DNA of 64,000 bases from a virus. Taxonomy: Duplodnaviria; Caudoviricetes. Of this stretch, positions 57,440 to 64,000 are shown piece by piece (the first letter of the stretch is position 1; the number at the start of each line of letters is the position of its first letter). The stretch lies in IMG/VR virus record IMGVR_UViG_2061766007_001346, positions 64,001-128,000 of that record. One strand, 5' to 3'. Made by a program: the position numbers and the translations under genes. Below the pieces are notes generated by a model that was not told the DNA's origin, did no database searches, and was given only the letters and a program-made list of their open reading frames with translations.

Positions 57440-57714
57440 TGAATGAACTTATGAACGGAATGAAGAAAATGTATGGTCTTCTTGCACCATTCCTTCTTGC
57501 CGCAGCAACTGGTAAAACCAGAATTACAGCGACTGAGAACGGAACGTATCGTACGAACAATTCGTACAAAGAGAACAACTCGCTTGAAGCAAAAGGTTTG
57601 CACACTTATAAGTGCAACGGATTCAAGTTTTATGCTCACAATGAGAAGGAAGCACTGAAGCGGGCCAAGCTTAGAGGCTATTGGAAACCTAACTCTTGCA
57701 TTGTCGAGGTATAG
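57439..57714 (+). CDS. Hypothetical protein
   Basis: FYAHNEKEALKRAK motif; TAATG coupling. Confidence 0.65.
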   Translation: MNELMNGMKKMYGLLAPFLLAAATGKTRITATENGTYRTNNSYKENNSLEAKGLHTYKCNGFKFYAHNEKEALKRAKLRGYWKPNSCIVEV

Positions 57715-57720
57715 CGAACT

Positions 57721-57794
57721 TGAAGCATGGTGTAATGGTAGCACTTGGGATTTTGGATCCCACAGTTCAAGTTCGAATCTTGATGTTTCAACCA
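57721..57794 (+). tRNA. tRNA-Gln(TTG)
   Basis: TGGGA-TTTTGGA-TCCCA; encoded CCA. Confidence 0.9.
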
Positions 57795-58168
57795 ACGAGT
57801 AACGCTACTTGTAAAGAAATTAGCGAAGTTCTTTGATTTGGAGCCTAAAGGGCAACTTTCTACTAACCGTGGCTCCCGTCTCATATAGGGTGATACCTAT
57901 GTGGGGCACCGAGTGAGTATGCAACTCTCGTCTGCGGACGCCAAATGCATGCCGTGTGGTTACATTATGTTAGTGCGACTAAACCGTAACAGGGCAGTAC
58001 GGAATGTGGTGTGACGCACCCAAATCATCACGCGAACAACTTTAAATATGTGTGTCGAAGACTTATCGTGAAACTCTATAGATTTTAATTAAATCGTTTA
58101 ATATATTGGAGGCACACATCATCGCTAGTAAACCTCATGTTTAAAGTTGTTCATTTTTCTTGAATATT

Positions 58169-58777
58169 ATGAAAATAGTAGATAATTGGAATTACTTACG
58201 TGGAAAGTTAGATTTCTCGGATCCTTCTATGTTTTATATGGTGCAATTGCAACAACGTAAGAAGGATGATGAAACCTTTCCAGCCAATAATCGGACCGTA
58301 AAGACATTCTTTATCGGTTCACTACAAGAATATGACGCATTAGAATCAGAGATAAAGAGATTATCTGATGAAACCAAAAGTAGGGTTTATATTCGTTTGA
58401 ACAGACGTTCTTATGAACACGTTGCATTGCAGGTAAATAAAGATCTTGCACAATTGTTGCAGGATAAGAATTTTCAGCATCTAAAGAATCTTGTTCCTTC
58501 TGCTGCTGGTAATGTCTGTTCTGAAAAGAAAGAAGATAGATTGTGGTTAATAGATGTTGACACAGATGATAAAGACAATTGGACAACTTTAGAATCTAGA
58601 ATTGTTCAATGGTTTGCTACATTCTATCGAGTGAATCTAATAAAATTCGAAGTACCTACTATACATGGTGTACATTTAATCACTTATAAATTTGATTCAG
58701 ACGCATTTGAAACAGCTTTTCCGAAAGTAGCAATACATAAGGATAATCCTACATTACTTTATTTCAAGCATGAATAA
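58169..58777 (+). CDS. Conserved phage protein with AEP primase-polymerase-like motifs
   Basis: WLIDVD and PTIHGVHLIT; QRKKD; IHKDNPTLLY. Confidence 0.55.
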   Translation: MKIVDNWNYLRGKLDFSDPSMFYMVQLQQRKKDDETFPANNRTVKTFFIGSLQEYDALESEIKRLSDETKSRVYIRLNRRSYEHVALQVNKDLAQLLQDKNFQHLKNLVPSAAGNVCSEKKEDRLWLIDVDTDDKDNWTTLESRIVQWFATFYRVNLIKFEVPTIHGVHLITYKFDSDAFETAFPKVAIHKDNPTLLYFKHE

Positions 58778-59243
58778 AATCATTTTTTTGGATTGCGACG
58801 GTGTTATCAATCATAATGCTTGGTATAAAGGCGCAGACTATTACAATAATGTATTTATAGACCCGGATATAGATCCGGCTGTTGTGAAAAGATTGAATGA
58901 TCTAACAGAACAGACTGGAGCAAAGATAGTAATATCTTCGTCTTGGAAAGTAGATGCTTATTGCATAACACGACTTGAAAAAGCAGGTCTTAATAACATC
59001 ATTGATGTAACACCGACGTTTGTATTTATTACAGGAGACGATTATTGTCGAGGGATGGAAATTCAAGCATGGCTAAATGCAAACTCTTGTAATAATTATG
59101 TTATCATCGATGACATACGAGATTTCTTTGAAAGTCAAAAAGAACACGTATATATTGTTGATTATCAAGTTGGATTGACAGATGAAGACTGCTTGGTAAT
59201 TAAGAATATGTTGTGTGCAAAATTACGTGACGCATTCGTCTAG
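58770..59243 (+). CDS. HAD-family phosphatase (RNA-repair-associated type); stop inside tRNA-Glu
   Basis: IIFLDCDGV, IVISSSW, RGMEIQAWL, YVIIDD. Confidence 0.85.
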   Translation: MNKIIFLDCDGVINHNAWYKGADYYNNVFIDPDIDPAVVKRLNDLTEQTGAKIVISSSWKVDAYCITRLEKAGLNNIIDVTPTFVFITGDDYCRGMEIQAWLNANSCNNYVIIDDIRDFFESQKEHVYIVDYQVGLTDEDCLVIKNMLCAKLRDAFV

Positions 59244-59299
59244 GGGTAGGACAGCAGATTTTCAGTCTGTCAGCGGGAGTTCGAATCTCCCATGCGTTA
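59229..59299 (+). tRNA. tRNA-Glu(TTC)
   Basis: GACGCAT/ATGCGTT acceptor; Glu-type D-arm; GCAGA-TTTTCAG-TCTGT. Confidence 0.85.
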
Positions 59300-59303
59300 C
59301 AAT

Positions 59304-59388
59304 GGTGGGTTGGGTGAGTGGTTTATACCAGCTGACTTGAAATCAGCCGTACCGTAAGGTACCGTGGGTTCGAATCCTACATCCACCG
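59304..59388 (+). tRNA. tRNA-Ser(TGA)
   Basis: GCTGA-CTTGAAA-TCAGC; long variable arm; G discriminator. Confidence 0.9.
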
Positions 59389-59394
59389 CACTAT

Positions 59395-60044
59395 GGCCTG
59401 GTGGTGAAATGGTAGACACTGGGGACTTAAATAATTTTTTCATAATAATCACTAGACATTGATTATGGTGATATTCGTCGTGAGACGCATATCACTGCTT
59501 AATGAAAAATTTGAGTGCACTCAGGGATAACCTGAGATGTAGAACCTCCCTAATTCGGTGAAAGCTAAAGTTGTATTATGTATAGCTCAGATTACAGAGC
59601 ATCAGTATATGGGGGTGAGAACCAAGGGAAGTCTCACATTACAATATGCCGATACCGAGCCAATGTCACTGACAATTTATCCCTGACAAGGATATTAACA
59701 ATGTTACTGCGAGTATATTGATTGTTAGACAGTGTGTAGAGACTATTACAGGAGGAACCTAAGTTGGAATTGTATATTTGCGGTTACTTCGGTTCAAGCA
59801 GATATGCATCTTGCAAGATTTCAATATGGTTAAGATAGAGTCCAGACCACAAATAAATACAAGTATGGGTAGTTTATATAAAACGAAGACAGTCAGAAAT
59901 GATGGGAGTCTTAGTTCTGTAGTGAGATTCTACAGCCATGTTCGCCAACACATTTATTGTGAATGTATTTAGTAGTGAAAACTATAGTGGTACAAAAATC
60001 CCCTGACCTGAAAGGTCGTGCGGGTTCGATTCCCGCCCGGGCTA
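59395..60044 (+). tRNA. trnL: tRNA-Leu(TAA), exons 59395-59428 and 59995-60044
   Basis: GGGGACTT | AAAATCCCC reconstitutes the anticodon arm; variable arm and T-arm in exon 2. Confidence 0.85.
59429..59994 (+). mobile_element. Group I intron in the tRNA-Leu anticodon (no homing endonuclease)
   Basis: P AATTCGGTGAAA, Q ATACCGAGCC, R GTGTAGAGACTA, S AAGATAGAGTCC; P1 acttaaat/atttgagt with U-G at the splice site. Confidence 0.85.
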
Positions 60045-60061
60045 CAAATAATTAAAACACT

Positions 60062-60331
60062 ATGAAAGCTCGTATAGATAGAATTATTAACTGGAAGGGC
60101 AAAGATTACGCACATGTTGTTGAGGATACACTCACTGAGTTTTGTAGTCTTTGTTCGTTTCAAGATGTGTGCGAGAAAGTAGTATCGCACGAAGTACCAG
60201 TTGATGAATCTCCAATGAAGATTTGTCAAAACATTAGCGACGAACTAAACATTAATACAGCATTCTTTATGGATGCTGTAGAAGCTGAAGGTTACGTTCA
60301 ACGTGTTAATAAGATTGATAAAAAATTATAA
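60062..60331 (+). CDS. Cys-containing hypothetical protein
   Basis: CSLCSF...C...C. Confidence 0.7.
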   Translation: MKARIDRIINWKGKDYAHVVEDTLTEFCSLCSFQDVCEKVVSHEVPVDESPMKICQNISDELNINTAFFMDAVEAEGYVQRVNKIDKKL

Positions 60332-60415
60332 ATTTCTCCATAGGGCATAACGAGTTCTCGTTAATAATAAGGGAGGTTTTCATAATTTTTCCTCCCTTTT
60401 CTAAAATTTTATGGT

Positions 60416-60706
60416 ATGAAACGAATAGAAGAATTACCTAGGCGAATTAAAACCGGACATAATCAACAGATTTACGAATTTCGTATATATGTTTATCTTA
60501 ATGGTGATTTAGGTGTAGCCTATGTCAAACCGGATGATACTCGTGATAAGATTCTTGTAACTAACATTAAACCGAATCAGGCAACAGTAAAAAAACTAAG
60601 TCTTTTTCAAGTTAGTTCAACTCCGACACTTAAAGAAGCAATTGAAGAAACCCATAATAAAATCAAGTACTTTAAAGAGTTAGGAGCAATAGAATGTCTT
60701 ACGTAG
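60416..60706 (+). CDS. Hypothetical protein
   Basis: 96 aa. Confidence 0.65.
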   Translation: MKRIEELPRRIKTGHNQQIYEFRIYVYLNGDLGVAYVKPDDTRDKILVTNIKPNQATVKKLSLFQVSSTPTLKEAIEETHNKIKYFKELGAIECLT

Positions 60707-60855
60707 CAGTTCCATTTCCAGGATGTGGAAAATATCGATCTTTTACTAACATCGAGCAAGCGTTAACCTTTTATAGAGGTAACTTAAACTATCTTGCTTT
60801 ATTATCTATGGTGGCTAATAAGCCACCTTACGTGGTCATTGAACAACGGTATTAA
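60694..60855 (+). CDS. Small hypothetical protein (53 aa)
   Basis: MSYVAVPFPGCG...IEQRY-TAA; overlaps the upstream stop. Confidence 0.45.
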   Translation: MSYVAVPFPGCGKYRSFTNIEQALTFYRGNLNYLALLSMVANKPPYVVIEQRY

Positions 60856-60963
60856 AAACGCAGAAACAACACCTCCTTCTTCTTCATGATCGGTTATTCT
60901 GAATTTAAGCATACTCTGAGCGAATAGTAGTTTCTCTGCGTTCTACTATTCATTTTTACAACT

Positions 60964-61188
60964 ATGTTACCAGACCTTATTAAAGAAAAAGCACGTACTC
61001 TTTACCCGGAATTATTAGTTGTAGATGAGGTAGGAGAGTTACAAGATCGAAACGGTAACGCTCGTCAAGCGTATATCGATGGCTGTTTTATGACCCTTAA
61101 ACACATAAAACCATTACTCGTTAAGTCTAAAGAAGGACTTGTGAGAAATGAGGATTTAGAGTGGATTATATCATGCGACTCCCTGTAA
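60964..61188 (+). CDS. Hypothetical protein
   Basis: A..LYP...N...RQAYIDG pattern. Confidence 0.65.
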   Translation: MLPDLIKEKARTLYPELLVVDEVGELQDRNGNARQAYIDGCFMTLKHIKPLLVKSKEGLVRNEDLEWIISCDSL

Positions 61189-61364
61189 TCAAAAAAGCTG
61201 GAGCATATCTTCAGTGGGCACATGGCGCAAAATATCTAGTAGGTAGAGGTAAACAATGGGATATGTGTGAAGATCTACCTAGCGCTATATGCTATTGGTT
61301 ATGGTGGTGTGGTGTTCCTCCAAGAATTGCGTTTATGTTTTTTAAAAAGCACAACAATGATTAA
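61161..61364 (+). CDS. Hypothetical protein
   Basis: Fills the gap with overlapping junctions. Confidence 0.5.
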   Translation: MDYIMRLPVIKKAGAYLQWAHGAKYLVGRGKQWDMCEDLPSAICYWLWWCGVPPRIAFMFFKKHNND

Positions 61365-62238
61365 CTATCTTCCTATTAGCGAGTCATTCTTTGGCCCCGA
61401 TGGCATTACTTCGACTAGTGCGAATCATCTTGCCAATCTCGCCAAGCAAAGGTATGAAGCACTTGCTACTACTTTAGGTGAGATTAAGTTCGTAACTGAA
61501 AAGTTCGGACTTATTGGGCAACCTGAAGAAGCATTTGCCATTAGTAGCGTTGCTAATGGACAATGCAATGTCGAACTGTATATCAGTATTCTCGACAAAA
61601 TTTCTACCTATAAAGGTTTTATCGCATTCCTTCGGGAAGCTATCAAGCACAAACGTGATCTTGAACAGGATGCTGTTGCTGCACGCGATCCTGAAATAAA
61701 GAACATTCCCACCAAGGACTTTCCTTCTAAAATGGATGTTTCGGAGTATCTTCTCCGACTTCCTATCAAGGAAAGGGAACACTATCTTTCTCTCGAGGCC
61801 AAATGTGCAACATATGGTAAGTTCATTCATCCGGATGGACCGTTCTATATCGGAAGAAAGAAACTTCTCAAAGCTCTCGCTGAGCCTCGCCATGTCGATT
61901 ATAATGGTAAGGACACAATCATCAAGATTGTTGAACCCACCTATCCCATCGAACATGTTGACCAAGTTCTCGATCGTCTTCAGGCAATTCATCGTGCCGC
62001 AGAGGCTGAGTTTAATGGTATTAAATCTACCATTGAACAGAATATCCTGAAGAAGTATAATGATGACCTGGCCGAATATCGTAAGGCAAATGAGGAACAT
62101 AACGCTAAAATGCGTGCTATTCTTCTTGCCGAAGAAGAGTCTCATAAGGAGCGTCTCGAACTGATTCGCAATTTGAAAATCCAGATTCCGAATAAATATA
62201 AGGAAATCTATTACGAACTTACTCAAAAGACTAACTAG
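61357..62238 (+). CDS. Conserved Bacteroidota-phage coiled-coil protein
   Basis: GITSTSANHLANLAK...LEAKCATYGKFIHPDG...LKIQIP; followed by a structured RNA. Confidence 0.8.
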   Translation: MINYLPISESFFGPDGITSTSANHLANLAKQRYEALATTLGEIKFVTEKFGLIGQPEEAFAISSVANGQCNVELYISILDKISTYKGFIAFLREAIKHKRDLEQDAVAARDPEIKNIPTKDFPSKMDVSEYLLRLPIKEREHYLSLEAKCATYGKFIHPDGPFYIGRKKLLKALAEPRHVDYNGKDTIIKIVEPTYPIEHVDQVLDRLQAIHRAAEAEFNGIKSTIEQNILKKYNDDLAEYRKANEEHNAKMRAILLAEEESHKERLELIRNLKIQIPNKYKEIYYELTQKTN

Positions 62239-62269
62239 AGACTGAGTGTTTACACGAAACTCTAGTGAA

Positions 62270-62465
62270 TACTGTATAAGGATTGTTATTACTTAACTTC
62301 TGTAAAGTTAATCAAGTTAATCAATCAATGGGGATTCGGTCCCCCCCAACAATGGTTCCCTGCCGAAACGTTTCCAATTTTTTCTTACGTTGTCCTAGTC
62401 CTCGCTGGCAGGGAAGTCTTCGACATTGCCATTGATTGTGTCTTTAGGACAGTTCTTATACAGTA
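62270..62465 (+). ncRNA. Structured RNA element downstream of 61357..62238
   Basis: 17-bp closing helix with 2 G-U; nested caatcaatgg/ccattgattg and ttccctgcc/ggcagggaa. Confidence 0.6.
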
Positions 62466-62529
62466 AGCCTTTTCTTTAATCTCTGGCGGAGTGATTTCCA
62501 CCAGAGGTTCCAATCCAAATATTTGTGCT

Positions 62530-62727
62530 ATGTTTCGACTTTACTTAGAGTACTTTAAAAAGTTTGGATCAGTTCGTAAGAAGAATTTTGTAATGAGGTA
62601 TTTCTGTATCGAGCGTGTTGATGATGGCGTTGGTGCCGACGATATACTGGATGCTCGTGGTTATACCTACGAAAAGTTTATTCTGGAATTGATCGATAGA
62701 AGAAGAGCGTATTTACTCTATCTCTAG
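62530..62727 (+). CDS. Hypothetical protein
   Basis: ATG at 62530. Confidence 0.55.
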   Translation: MFRLYLEYFKKFGSVRKKNFVMRYFCIERVDDGVGADDILDARGYTYEKFILELIDRRRAYLLYL

Positions 62728-62915
62728 AAAAACAAACCCTGATAAGTCAGTATAGAATGCAGCTTACTGATAAAACAGAGAGGCCACTGCATTAGGCTGA
62801 GGTGAACCATTTGTGTGTACATGCTAAAATGGAACTTCGATGGATAACTCCATTTAAAATTAACTTCCCGCGAACACTGGCTGCTGGTAAGTAGCGGGAA
62901 TTTAAAACGATTGTT

Positions 62916-63179
62916 ATGGTATTTCTTATATTTTATATTGTAAGTGTGTTGGTTTCAATGGGTATCTTTATAACAATGATTTGTTTGTTGTACAAATATG
63001 AAGATAAATTTCCTGATATCAACATAACATGCGTAACATACGGGTCACTTTGTATAGCAGTTATAATTACGATCGTTCCGCTTGTAAACGTAATAATCAG
63101 TCTAATGAAATTCGGTATATTTGTTTCACATTTAATACCTATGGGAGACTGGTTAAATAAAAGTCCATTTGATGAATGA
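62916..63179 (+). CDS. Two-TM membrane protein, TGA stop in an ATGA overlap
   Basis: Hydrophobic; P.VN motif; TGA=Trp would add only WKLY. Confidence 0.65.
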   Translation: MVFLIFYIVSVLVSMGIFITMICLLYKYEDKFPDINITCVTYGSLCIAVIITIVPLVNVIISLMKFGIFVSHLIPMGDWLNKSPFDE

Positions 63180-63406
63180 AAGTTATATTAATTATACTGT
63201 TGATTATCTTGACTATCGGCCAAATAAGTGTTGAAATCGATATAGATGATACGCTTTGGGCCGAAAGAACAACGGATCGTCCCGTTTATGTTCATCACTA
63301 TAGCAAAGATGAAGGTGTTGTTTATTCTTATTCAGATGATGGATTTAGAAGGACAATGCCTCTTTTAAGATTCTTAACGACGTTTAAACGTATTGATGAC
63401 AAATAA
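63176..63406 (+). CDS. Membrane-anchored hypothetical protein
   Basis: N-terminal TM helix. Confidence 0.6.
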   Translation: MKVILIILLIILTIGQISVEIDIDDTLWAERTTDRPVYVHHYSKDEGVVYSYSDDGFRRTMPLLRFLTTFKRIDDK

Positions 63407-64000
63407 AATAATTATTGTTCCAGATGTTCATTGCAGAAATTTCTATAAACCAGTTTTAAATGTCAAAGACACACCAATAGTTTTTTTAGGAGACTATATG
63501 GACCCTTATTCTTATGAAGGAACTAATGACCACGATGGTTTTGCAAATCTTGAAGAAATCATTGATTTTGCCAAAACAAATACCAATGTAACTTTGTTAT
63601 GTGGAAATCATGACGAATCTTGGATTTGGAATGCATTGGGATTCGAAAGAACTTCATATTATTGGTATCATGATTTACACACACTTTATAGGGAAAACAT
63701 ACAATTGTTTAAGCCATGCTTAAAAGTTGATAATGTGTTATTTACTCATGCTGGAGTTAGTGCGGGATGGATAAATACGATGAATCGTATATTTGAAATA
63801 AACGAAACAAACTTTACTCTAAATGAAAATAACATTGTTTCCTATATTGGTAATGAATTTGAAAAAGAACTTCAACGAGATGGAGTACTTGGGAATTTTC
63901 TAAATCGTGATCTAGAATCGCCAATTTTCTGTGTAGGTCGTTATAGAGGCGGTTATGCTCCACATGGAGGACCGTTTTGGAATGATTTTGATGAGTATCG
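63396..64000 (+). CDS. Calcineurin-like metallophosphoesterase, 3' end outside window
   Basis: PDVH, GDYMD, GNHD, THAG, RGG...GGPFW.D. Confidence 0.85.
   Translation, partial: MTNKIIIVPDVHCRNFYKPVLNVKDTPIVFLGDYMDPYSYEGTNDHDGFANLEEIIDFAKTNTNVTLLCGNHDESWIWNALGFERTSYYWYHDLHTLYRENIQLFKPCLKVDNVLFTHAGVSAGWINTMNRIFEINETNFTLNENNIVSYIGNEFEKELQRDGVLGNFLNRDLESPIFCVGRYRGGYAPHGGPFWNDFDEY

Noticed and set aside
59229-59299. UGA-suppressor tRNA (TCA appears in loop TTTTCAG)
   Set aside because: With the 5-bp stem the anticodon is TTC and the D-arm is Glu-type; TCA is off-register
59304-59388. tRNA with TGA anticodon as the recoding tRNA
   Set aside because: Anticodon TGA reads TCA serine codons; long variable arm and G73 indicate Ser
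59778-59972. Intron-encoded ORF
   Set aside because: Overlaps the intron core, is short and has no homing-endonuclease motifs
62738-62776. Second active hammerhead
   Set aside because: G8 and catalytic G12 equivalents are A and no clear stem I/III with a cleavage triplet

Overview
A 64-kb segment of a large Bacteroidota-infecting tailed phage, most consistent with a crAss-like (Crassvirales-type) virus. It is split into two arms that diverge from a candidate replication origin (22-bp iterons, ~45.3-45.6 kb). The left arm (1-45.3 kb, mostly minus strand) carries late genes: terminase, portal, tail/adhesin proteins, lysis genes and polyvalent cargo-like proteins. It is written in a TGA=Trp code: the fragments in the ORF track join into long in-frame genes across TGA, and TGA aligns with TGG in internal repeats. 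The right arm (45.6-64 kb, plus strand) carries small early-type genes with no in-frame TGA and almost only TAA/TAG stops. It also holds six tRNAs (tRNA-Leu(UAA) is split by a group I intron), a tmRNA with a 30-residue tag, a hammerhead ribozyme and many structured intergenic RNAs. The strongest leads are: a K-x(2-3)-GG motif at domain boundaries of the cargo-like proteins; a -1 frameshift at T TTT TTC revealed by an internal repeat; a hammerhead whose catalytic core doubles as a TGA stop; CDS stop codons buried inside tRNAs next to the tmRNA; an intron ending in A instead of G; and an unassigned ~0.5-1.2 kb structured RNA. No Trp(UCA) suppressor tRNA, release factor, major capsid protein or RNA polymerase was recognised in this window. 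All family calls come from motif recognition by eye; no database search was run.
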